A DNA stretch of 64,000 nucleotides from a virus. The notes under the pieces are model-generated. The model did not search any database. It was not told the origin of the DNA and saw nothing but the letters and a program-made list of their open reading frames with translations. Positions 18,594 through 26,520 of this stretch are shown here, one piece after another (within the stretch, counting starts at the first letter, position 1; every line of letters starts with the position of its first letter). Made by a program: the position numbers and the translations under genes. The stretch is from IMG/VR virus record IMGVR_UViG_3300025280_004467, positions 6,875-70,874 of that record, one strand, 5' to 3'.

Positions 18594-19523
18594 ATGAGAA
18601 AAATATTTATAGATGGCGGTGCCCACACGGGAGAATCTTTAGAGGCTTTTTGTAGAATTTACGAAGATAGCGAAGAATATGAGGCATATTGTTTTGAGGC
18701 ATCCTACGTTGAAAAATTTAAAAGTAGTTTTGATAAAGTTTCGAAGAGACATTTAGAACAAAATAAAATTAAAAGTGTTGAGTGGTACAACAAAGCCGTG
18801 TGGATAGAGGACGGTGAAATAACTTTTTATAATGATGGAAAGGAGGGTTCTAGTCTTATAAAAGAAAAGTGGAGCCTAGATCCTAAAGAAGTTGAATGTT
18901 TTGATTTAGGTTCTTGGATAAAAAATAATTTTTCCAATGAAGATTACATAGTTTTAAAATTAGATATTGAAGGTGCAGAATATGAAGTCTTAGATAAAAT
19001 GTTCCATGATAAAACAATAAATTATGTTAACAAATTGTATTGCGAAATTCATGGATTAAAGTGTGGAAAAACTTTTCAAGAATCTGTCGATTTAGTAGTC
19101 CAAGCAGAAAAGTTCGATCATAAATTATACTACTGGACAGCAACAGAAGTAGACAAAGAAAATATGAATTTATATTATACACATGAATCTTTATCAAAAG
19201 AATATAAACAATGGAATTTAAGAAGGGTTGCAAAAATAGTAGAATTTGAAAAAACTTTTATGGATGGAAAGATGCTGTACTCCGCCACGAGGAAGTATGA
19301 TGATCAAGTTATCGAAGAAATGCTCATTGCCAAAAAAAAGATTTCAAATGAGAAAGTTCATTTTCTTCTTCAAGGGGATAGACTTATATTTTTGGTTGAA
19401 TATGAAATATTAGATGTGAATGATGAAGGGGGAGTTCATTGGGGTAAAAGGATTAAAGAAATGAAATTGGAAAATTCAAATTTCTTAGAATTAATAAAAG
19501 AATGTAAAGGATATGATCAATGA
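18594..19523 (+). CDS. FkbM-family methyltransferase with C-terminal extension
   Basis: FIDGGAHTGES, KAVWIEDG, VLKLDIEGAEYEVL, CEIHG. Confidence 0.85.
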   Translation: MRKIFIDGGAHTGESLEAFCRIYEDSEEYEAYCFEASYVEKFKSSFDKVSKRHLEQNKIKSVEWYNKAVWIEDGEITFYNDGKEGSSLIKEKWSLDPKEVECFDLGSWIKNNFSNEDYIVLKLDIEGAEYEVLDKMFHDKTINYVNKLYCEIHGLKCGKTFQESVDLVVQAEKFDHKLYYWTATEVDKENMNLYYTHESLSKEYKQWNLRRVAKIVEFEKTFMDGKMLYSATRKYDDQVIEEMLIAKKKISNEKVHFLLQGDRLIFLVEYEILDVNDEGGVHWGKRIKEMKLENSNFLELIKECKGYDQ

Positions 19524-19822
19524 TCATATACATAGATATCGATGAAACGATATGCACCTCACCAGAAGATAGAGACTATGCAAAAGCTGTACCAATCTTA
19601 ACAAATATTGAAAAATGTAATAAACTTCATGAGGAAGGTCATACAATTATTTATTGGACGGCAAGAGGAACAGGATCTGGAATTGATTGGCGAGAATTAA
19701 CAGAAAAACAATTTGAAGAATGGGGTGTCAAACATCATGATCTCAAGTTTGGCAAGCCAATTTATGATTTGTTTATAGATGATAAAAATATAAATTCGGA
19801 AAGATTTTTTAATGACAAGTAA
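19520..19822 (+). CDS. Small HAD-superfamily phosphatase (capsule-biosynthesis type)
   Basis: IDIDETIC, YWTARG, GKP.YDLFIDDK. Confidence 0.85.
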   Translation: MIIYIDIDETICTSPEDRDYAKAVPILTNIEKCNKLHEEGHTIIYWTARGTGSGIDWRELTEKQFEEWGVKHHDLKFGKPIYDLFIDDKNINSERFFNDK

Positions 19823-20666
19823 TATTCAAAAACCAAAAAAATGTCACTGTTGTGGTGATGGCGAGTACAAACAAATGAACGAATTGTATGGTCACCAGTC
19901 ATTGTATGTCAGAGAAAAACATATGTATATACCAAACATAGAGGATGTAGTGGACACATATATATGTGTAAATCCAGTATGCAAACATGTTTATAGGCAT
20001 TATTATGAGGACATATCAGATTTCCATAGAGAAGGAAATCTTAGAAAGAAACAGAAAAATGAAAAGACTAGTTTATTAGATCTTGGTACGCCGGAAAACG
20101 TTAAGCTTAAAATGGACAGAACAAGAAGACAGTTTTCTTACGTGAAAGATTTCATGCTTCAGGATGATCTTGCGTTTGAGATAGCTCCCGGAAGAGGGTT
20201 CTTTTTAATGGTAGCGAAAGAATATTTTAATACGATTAAAGGAGTTGATATCGATCCAGGAGTAATAGCACACAATGAAATTTTAAATCCGGACATAGAA
20301 GTCAAATTATGCAGCTTTTTGGACTTACCGGAAGATGAAAAATATGATGTTATATTGGCTTTTGATTTTTTAGAACACATTGAAGAACTTAATGATTTTG
20401 TTATAAAATTGTATGCGATAACAAATAAATATGTAGTAATACAGGTCCCGGTGGATAGACCAATAATACCGCCAAACTATCACCTATTAGAGAAACCAAA
20501 AGAGCACCAATTGCCTTTTGATGGTCATTTACATTATTTTTCAGAATTTTCACTGAATAATTTACTCTCAAAAGATGGATTATTTGAGTGCGCACACATG
20601 TATAAGACTTTTCCAGGAGAGACCGCCGGCGGCAAAGAATTATTGTGTGTTTTTAAGAAGGTATAA
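19812..20666 (+). CDS. Class I SAM-dependent methyltransferase with N-terminal Zn-binding motif
   Basis: CHCC...CVNPVC; FEIAPGRGFFL, GVDID, YDVILAFDFLEHI, HLHYFS. Confidence 0.82.
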   Translation: MTSNIQKPKKCHCCGDGEYKQMNELYGHQSLYVREKHMYIPNIEDVVDTYICVNPVCKHVYRHYYEDISDFHREGNLRKKQKNEKTSLLDLGTPENVKLKMDRTRRQFSYVKDFMLQDDLAFEIAPGRGFFLMVAKEYFNTIKGVDIDPGVIAHNEILNPDIEVKLCSFLDLPEDEKYDVILAFDFLEHIEELNDFVIKLYAITNKYVVIQVPVDRPIIPPNYHLLEKPKEHQLPFDGHLHYFSEFSLNNLLSKDGLFECAHMYKTFPGETAGGKELLCVFKKV

Positions 20667-20698
20667 TAGAATAAAATTTCAGCAACAAGGAGTAAAAA

Positions 20699-20896
20699 AT
20701 GAAATTATCAAACCAAGCAATGGGAACTCTAATGATGACACTTCAAAAGTGTCTCATGGATCAAAGTGATATCACTGAACTATTGCAACAATTAGATTTT
20801 GATGTACAAAGTGAAGAATTGATTGTTCTAAACCCGCCAATGGTAAGAATACCTAATGAAGAAGAACGTGTAATGCCGCGAGAAGAAGATATGTAA
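20699..20896 (+). CDS. Small hypothetical protein
   Basis: SD AAGGAG, tight fit between neighbouring genes. Confidence 0.7.
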   Translation: MKLSNQAMGTLMMTLQKCLMDQSDITELLQQLDFDVQSEELIVLNPPMVRIPNEEERVMPREEDM

Positions 20897-20897
20897 A

Positions 20898-21248
20898 ATG
20901 ACAATAATATTAAAGCCATGGGGCTATGAAAATATATGGGCCCACACAGATAATTATGTAGGAAAGATACTCGTTATAAAACCGAATCAAAAATTATCCA
21001 GACAATATCATACCATAAAAGATGAAACAATATATGTGCTGAAAGGAGTCCTTACTTTAGAAATTGGATTAGGAGATGAAATACAAACTCTAGAATTAAA
21101 GCATGGCGACACATATCATGTAAGTCCACAAACTATTCATAGATTTTGTAACACAGGAAAACAAGATTTACATTTAGTTGAAGTTAGTACGCCTGAACTA
21201 AGTGATATTACGAGAATAGAAGATGATTATGGTAGAGGATATGCCTAA
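20898..21248 (+). CDS. Cupin, mannose-6-phosphate isomerase C-terminal-like
   Basis: KPWGYE, LSRQYH..KDET, IHRF, EVSTPE.SD..RIEDDYGR. Confidence 0.85.
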   Translation: MTIILKPWGYENIWAHTDNYVGKILVIKPNQKLSRQYHTIKDETIYVLKGVLTLEIGLGDEIQTLELKHGDTYHVSPQTIHRFCNTGKQDLHLVEVSTPELSDITRIEDDYGRGYA

Positions 21249-21498
21249 ATATTTATATCATTGTAAAACATGCAATGAAGAATTTTCTGCCCACCATTTA
21301 ATGAGTGAGAGACTTGAAAAAAGAGATGAATGTGATAAAGAATGTTTGCTAAAAAAAGTACTTTCATCCCCTATTAACTTGCATAAAAACAAAAAAGAAC
21401 AAAAAGTTGGACAAATCGTGAAACAGCACATTGAGGACACACAAGAAGAGATTAGACAAGAAAAGAAGCGCTTAAAAAAACAGGAGTATGAATCATGA
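21241..21498 (+). CDS. FmdB-family zinc-ribbon protein
   Basis: MPKYLYHCKTC...ECDKEC; ATG 21241 preceded by AGAGG. Confidence 0.7.
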   Translation: MPKYLYHCKTCNEEFSAHHLMSERLEKRDECDKECLLKKVLSSPINLHKNKKEQKVGQIVKQHIEDTQEEIRQEKKRLKKQEYES

Positions 21499-21800
21499 GC
21501 ATGAGTCTAACAATATTATTAATAATATCTTTTATTTTAAATGTTGTTTTTATCTGGTATATAGTTAAACTTATCCAAGAATTAAACTATATGTCAGAGA
21601 ACACTGAACATACTTCAGGGGTTCTGAGCGAATTTTTAGAACACTTAGAACGTCTATACGAATTAGAAACATATTATGGAGATGAAAGTTTAAAATCTTT
21701 AATCAGGCATTCCAAAGAAGTATTGGAAGAAGTTAAAGAATTTGAAACAGTTATTTCCCCTATGAAGGAACAAGAACATGTCGAAGAAAAGGAAGAGTAA
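21495..21800 (+). CDS. Single-pass membrane hypothetical protein
   Basis: N-terminal hydrophobic helix followed by an acidic helical domain; coupled overlaps. Confidence 0.65.
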   Translation: MSMSLTILLIISFILNVVFIWYIVKLIQELNYMSENTEHTSGVLSEFLEHLERLYELETYYGDESLKSLIRHSKEVLEEVKEFETVISPMKEQEHVEEKEE

Positions 21801-22464
21801 AAGATATTACTTTACAGAGGTCCATGAAAATGCAATAGTTCGATACGCCATATGCAACGATAAAAAAGAAAGGACAAAACTTTATATAGAATATATTCAA
21901 CCAGCATTTAACGAATTGGTAGATAAAATCGTTTTTACTTATAAATTCTCTACACTTCCAAATATTGATCTTTTGCGTGATGAGTGTAAAATTTGGCTAA
22001 CAACTATTTTAAATAAATTTGATCCAAATAAGGGATCAAAGGCTTTTTCATATTTTAGCGTTATAACAAAAAATTGGTTTATTCACAAGGTCAAAAAAAA
22101 TTCTCAAAGGTATAAAAGAGAAATTCAATTTGAAGATTTGTCGAAAGATGCAGAACAGTCGCATATGTCTGTTGTTTCTTCTTATGTTCATGAGAGGGAA
22201 ATTAAAGAATTTTGGAAACATTTGTGGTCTCAAATAGACGATTGGGATCAAGAAAATTTAAGAGTTAATGAAAGGAAAGTTTTAGAGGCCGTTAAGATTT
22301 TATTAAGTAACTCAGATGATATAGAAATTTTTAACAAAAAAGCAGTATATCTTTATTTAAGGGAGCTGACAGGTCTAAATACAAAACAAGTTGTTAACAA
22401 TTTAAATAAGTTAAGAGTAAGGTATTCTAAATTTAGAAAAAATTGGAATGATGGAAAAATATAA
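21778..22464 (+). CDS. Phage RNA polymerase sigma factor, T4 gp55-like (late transcription)
   Basis: KFDPNKGSKAFSYFSVITKN resembles sigma region 2.3-2.4 / gp55 (FDPEK...FAYFT); C-terminal HTH-like YLRELTGLNTKQV. Confidence 0.75.
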   Translation: MSKKRKSKRYYFTEVHENAIVRYAICNDKKERTKLYIEYIQPAFNELVDKIVFTYKFSTLPNIDLLRDECKIWLTTILNKFDPNKGSKAFSYFSVITKNWFIHKVKKNSQRYKREIQFEDLSKDAEQSHMSVVSSYVHEREIKEFWKHLWSQIDDWDQENLRVNERKVLEAVKILLSNSDDIEIFNKKAVYLYLRELTGLNTKQVVNNLNKLRVRYSKFRKNWNDGKI

Positions 22465-22471
22465 TTAAAAT

Positions 22472-22478
22472 CTAATTA
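22472..22478 (+). promoter_or_regulatory. CTAATTA, putative late promoter motif
   Basis: In the intergenic gap, 25 nt before the tubulin ATG, followed by GAGG. Confidence 0.45.
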
Positions 22479-22503
22479 TCTTAATACAGAATGAGGAAAA
22501 AAA

Positions 22504-23574
22504 ATGTCTGATGAACCTAATAACGAATTTGATGATTTTGACTTTGTTGATCATTATGGAACAACAGTTGAAGTCGATCACCAAGACCAATTACCAGAGA
22601 ATGTAGCTACATCTGCTTTGAATTGTGCTTTTGTTGGAGTTGGAGGCGGCGGAGGAAAAATGGTAAAAGCATTTTTAGATCTAGGCTTCAACAAAACTCT
22701 TCTTATTAATACAACCGAAAAAGATCAACCATCCAATGTGGATCCAAAACATTTAGTGCTAATCCCTAATGCCGATGGCGTTGCAAAAGATGTTTCTTAT
22801 GGGAAAACAGTATTTAAAAATAATGGAGCTGTTGTAGAAGATGCATTGAGAACCAAATTAGGAAAAGTTGATTGGCTTTTTGTTATGGCCGGCAGCGGCG
22901 GCGGAACTGGAAGTGCATGTGTGGCCCTTCACGATGTTTTTGAAAGATATTTGTCCTCTGTTCAAGCAGAAGGAAAGGTTATTTATATTATTTCTTGGCC
23001 CACCGCTCAAGAACTGTTAAATCCAACAATTGCAAAAAATGCATTATCATTAATAAATGATGTGACTTCGTACACACATATTGTTTTGGATAATGAAAAA
23101 CAAGTAGAATTATTGCGTGGAAAAGTTGGCATACTTAACATGTTTCCTGTAGCAAATATAACTTTTGCAAAACTATTCAACCAGATTCTCAAGTTGGCAT
23201 CTGAAAAATCTCCTATTCAAACATTTGATTCAAAGGATTTGGAGAGAACACTTCAACATAATGGAAGAATCTTCATTGGCTCGACAGTTATCATGGATCC
23301 AAAAGATCCAACGTTGGGCGCCCAAATCCTTCAGAATTGTCTTCAAAGATCTCCTTGTTCTCCCCCCACGGGAAAACCAAAGACAGGCACTCTTTTGCTT
23401 GTTGTAACGGAAGACATGGCCTCTGATCCGGAAGTTAGTAAACATTTGGATGCTGCAATGTCTTATGTAGGAGGAAGAACAGATACATTGTTTGCAGGCG
23501 TTTATGTAAGAAATAAACTTCCCGGATTAATAGCAATTCTCTCAATGAGTGGCTTGGAGAACGAAACTCAATGA
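22504..23574 (+). CDS. Tubulin/FtsZ-superfamily GTPase (TubZ/PhuZ/CetZ-like)
   Basis: T1 loop FVGVGGGGGK, LLINT, T4 signature AGSGGGTGS, VLDNEK, T7-like TFDSKDL. Confidence 0.9.
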   Translation: MSDEPNNEFDDFDFVDHYGTTVEVDHQDQLPENVATSALNCAFVGVGGGGGKMVKAFLDLGFNKTLLINTTEKDQPSNVDPKHLVLIPNADGVAKDVSYGKTVFKNNGAVVEDALRTKLGKVDWLFVMAGSGGGTGSACVALHDVFERYLSSVQAEGKVIYIISWPTAQELLNPTIAKNALSLINDVTSYTHIVLDNEKQVELLRGKVGILNMFPVANITFAKLFNQILKLASEKSPIQTFDSKDLERTLQHNGRIFIGSTVIMDPKDPTLGAQILQNCLQRSPCSPPTGKPKTGTLLLVVTEDMASDPEVSKHLDAAMSYVGGRTDTLFAGVYVRNKLPGLIAILSMSGLENETQ

Positions 23575-23855
23575 AAGATATAGAACAATACATTATAGAG
23601 GTGATTAGTAATATTAAAGATGATAGAGATATTACGCAAAGCCTTTTAAAAGATGTGATGATGTATATTTCTGGTGACGAGACTAGACATGAAAAAGTTG
23701 GTCAAGTCGCAGCAAAATATGTTGAAACTCTTCAAAGATCAAACGAACAGCTTGTAAAAGTTGTTGCTTTGATGCAAAAAAGAGTTAACAACTCAAGTGA
23801 ATTTACTGATCAAGATAAGGCAGAAATATTTGAATTATTGAAGGAAACGAATTGA
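23571..23855 (+). CDS. Small helical hypothetical protein
   Basis: Coupled ATGA overlap, GGAG SD; helical/coiled sequence. Confidence 0.7.
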   Translation: MKDIEQYIIEVISNIKDDRDITQSLLKDVMMYISGDETRHEKVGQVAAKYVETLQRSNEQLVKVVALMQKRVNNSSEFTDQDKAEIFELLKETN

Positions 23856-23856
23856 G

Positions 23857-25341
23857 ATGGGTAACGGAAAACAGCCACCCGGCTACGGCGGCTACGGCGC
23901 TAGTTCTGAAAATATATTTTCCGAATTAGGATCGACAGAAACTCTTTATCGAGACTTTAGAAATGCCATCGATAATCGAAATAAACACACAGCCAAAAAC
24001 AGATATCTAAATGGGCCCTATTTGGGCATCGCCGTCGACGTAATGTCGATAGAGGCTGCAAAAGATGTAACATCATATTATGGAGCTGTTTTTGATCTCG
24101 GGTCACCTTATAAAACATTAAAGTTGAGAGTTTATGTGCCAGAAATGGATGCCGGCGGCTATTGTACTCCTTTTGCCTTACCCGGCGATGATGGATGGAA
24201 GGCCGATTACTATCAAACTTTAAACATGGCACCGATATTTAGTGGAGTTTTTGCCATGACTGATGAACGGAATAGGGAACCCAAAATAGGCGATATCGTC
24301 GCGGTTGAATATCATAATGAAAATAGACCACAAGAAGGTGGAAAATATTTGGGTATAGCATATGCAAAGGGCGCTAATCACGATTTTCGTTCACAAGGCA
24401 TGAAAGACAAAAAAGCGATATTTGAAGACGCCCGGAGAGAAACAGTGGTTGAAAGCGTAGTAGTTGCAACTTCGGACGCAGCTCCATCAACAAAGCCATC
24501 CACAAAAGACTGTTCTAGAACACCTTCAGAGCCTCCTCATATTAACTTTTTGGATATTGAATGGCAACAGTCGCCACAGTTCTCATCCCCGCGCATCCCA
24601 CATCCAGATGGAATGCTGTATGGCCAAATTTGTATGATGCTATTTGGACCCAAATCTTCGAATCCATATATCCTGACCGAAAACCACAAAGAGGTTTTTC
24701 CAGGCCCGGACCTTTCTCTTATAGCTAAAGAAGTCCACTTGACAACTCCAACAATTTTTAAAAAGTCAGCTGCCAAGATAGTTAAAGTTCACGATCTTGT
24801 TAGACTACCACTCCTTATGGTGTTCCGTGAGTTGGAGGAGCGTCTGGAACGCGGCACGCCCACCGACAAAGAAGAATTGAAAAATTTTGAAATACATAGT
24901 ATCCGCGGATGGCAGAAGCCGCAACCGTATCCAGGGCGCCAAGAGAAAATCTGGGGGTGGGGCCTTGGAATAGAAATTAATAAAGCCGTAAATCACGCAA
25001 TTACGGGCATGCAAGAAGGCGAACAAGGGGGTGAGAAAGGATGGCAGAATTGGAAAGATAAGAAGCATAAACAAAAATTGCCCGATCTTGTTATATCGAT
25101 TTTTAAATATTATGGGTTTCGTTGGGGTGGTCATTTCCCCCTTGACCAGCTAAGGCACCCGGGTTGGTTTGATTTTGTTGGCCTTCCATCAACATCTCTT
25201 GCGAGTTATGTACAAGGCATTAAATATATGAAAGAACATCAGGCTCAATACCCGAACTGGGAAAAATATATTATTCGCCCGGGCCACCGCGAACCTTGGA
25301 ATGACGCTTTGAATGAAACATTAGGAATAAGTGTAGGATAA
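23857..25341 (+). CDS. Baseplate hub/gp5-like protein: OB-fold-like N-terminus plus degenerate M15 peptidase-like domain
   Basis: LKLRVYVPE...PKIGDIVAVEY (gp5 OB-like); WGLGIEIN, FKYYGFRWGGHF M15-like motifs. Confidence 0.6.
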   Translation: MGNGKQPPGYGGYGASSENIFSELGSTETLYRDFRNAIDNRNKHTAKNRYLNGPYLGIAVDVMSIEAAKDVTSYYGAVFDLGSPYKTLKLRVYVPEMDAGGYCTPFALPGDDGWKADYYQTLNMAPIFSGVFAMTDERNREPKIGDIVAVEYHNENRPQEGGKYLGIAYAKGANHDFRSQGMKDKKAIFEDARRETVVESVVVATSDAAPSTKPSTKDCSRTPSEPPHINFLDIEWQQSPQFSSPRIPHPDGMLYGQICMMLFGPKSSNPYILTENHKEVFPGPDLSLIAKEVHLTTPTIFKKSAAKIVKVHDLVRLPLLMVFRELEERLERGTPTDKEELKNFEIHSIRGWQKPQPYPGRQEKIWGWGLGIEINKAVNHAITGMQEGEQGGEKGWQNWKDKKHKQKLPDLVISIFKYYGFRWGGHFPLDQLRHPGWFDFVGLPSTSLASYVQGIKYMKEHQAQYPNWEKYIIRPGHREPWNDALNETLGISVG

Positions 25342-25344
25342 TAG

Positions 25345-26511
25345 ATGGCTATTTTTGAAGTACCAGGAGATACGGGCCCACCATTAGCGGTTTCTAAGCC
25401 GCTTCTTAGGGCTCCGAGAAACAAGTTAAAACCAGCCATTGAAATGTTCGGCCTAGATCCGAAAAAAGCAAAACTCCTTTCGGAAGCCCCGAAGAGTGCG
25501 CATACTGGAGTTGGTTGTACAAAAAGGCATGAGCCAACCGGCGTTTATGATACAGCTGAGTGTGAGCATTTTATTGGATTAAATGACTTAGATGGTTTCA
25601 GGGGAGGCGTTGGTATAGTATTAGGCAGAGACAGAACTCATTCTATTAATAGTGGTTATGGAGGTCAGGGAGATACTCAAGCATTTGCTATTAGAATAAC
25701 AGCAGGTTATGGTTCATGTAATCCAGGATTTTTTGGTGCAAAAGGCCATTGGGCGGATACTGCTCCAAGCGGTGAACCACTTTTGCACAATCCTAGCAAT
25801 AGGTATGATGGTGCAATGATATATTTAAGTCAAAAAACTGATGTTGATGATAATTTTTACTGTGCCAACGGGTCAATGGAAGGACCTGTTACAGGAAGAT
25901 CTGCTATTGTTGTGAAGGCCGATGCACTTCGTTTTATAAGTAGGGATGGCGGAATTAAAATAATTGCCAATTCTGATACTGAGCATACTGGAGGCCGGCC
26001 CACAAGAGCGCATACAAAGATTGATTTTTTGGTAAACAATGACGACAGAGATCTTCAACCTCTTGTTAAAGGGGATAATTTAAAAAATATGTTGTGGATG
26101 ACACTCACGTATATGGATCATATCGTAAAACAAATTGCTAATTTAAATAAATCTCAACTATTGCTGAATAAGAAATTGGGTTCTCACAGACATGTGTTAC
26201 CTTCAGGTATGAAAACTGTAATTCCGGATCCGATAAAGACTTTAGCAGCTGGTGGAGTTCCGGTGTATTATACAGTTGGTGAGTACGAAAGTCAATTTAC
26301 ACTTCCGGGACAGGGAGAATCTTCCCCATTTATTAGTACCGCTCCAAGCACTAGTGTATCAATAGGTGCAGCAGATCATGCGCTCCTTGCAGGCGGCATT
26401 CTTGACCAAAATTTATTCAATATCGCTAGTGCTCTACAGGGGTTGTCGCGAGACTATTTAAATGATTGGAGCGATGTTTATATTTTGAGTAGGCACGTAA
26501 ATACTACGTAG
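25345..26511 (+). CDS. Baseplate central spike-like protein
   Basis: Beta-rich IVLGRDR, IYLSQKTD, IVVKAD..RFIS..GIKI; QPLVKGDNL; HxH (SHRH) metal-tip motif; position upstream of gp25/gp6. Confidence 0.6.
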   Translation: MAIFEVPGDTGPPLAVSKPLLRAPRNKLKPAIEMFGLDPKKAKLLSEAPKSAHTGVGCTKRHEPTGVYDTAECEHFIGLNDLDGFRGGVGIVLGRDRTHSINSGYGGQGDTQAFAIRITAGYGSCNPGFFGAKGHWADTAPSGEPLLHNPSNRYDGAMIYLSQKTDVDDNFYCANGSMEGPVTGRSAIVVKADALRFISRDGGIKIIANSDTEHTGGRPTRAHTKIDFLVNNDDRDLQPLVKGDNLKNMLWMTLTYMDHIVKQIANLNKSQLLLNKKLGSHRHVLPSGMKTVIPDPIKTLAAGGVPVYYTVGEYESQFTLPGQGESSPFISTAPSTSVSIGAADHALLAGGILDQNLFNIASALQGLSRDYLNDWSDVYILSRHVNTT

Positions 26512-26520
26512 GAAAAACAA

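Noticed and set aside
22504-23574. Calling the tubulin ftsZ or evidence of a phage nucleus
   Set aside because: It lacks the FtsZ C-terminal linker/peptide and NxDFAD loop, and no chimallin or phage RNAP subunit is recognisable in this window
23571-23855. Terminase small subunit guess for the 94-aa ORF
   Set aside because: Only generic helical character; no large terminase adjacent and no diagnostic motif
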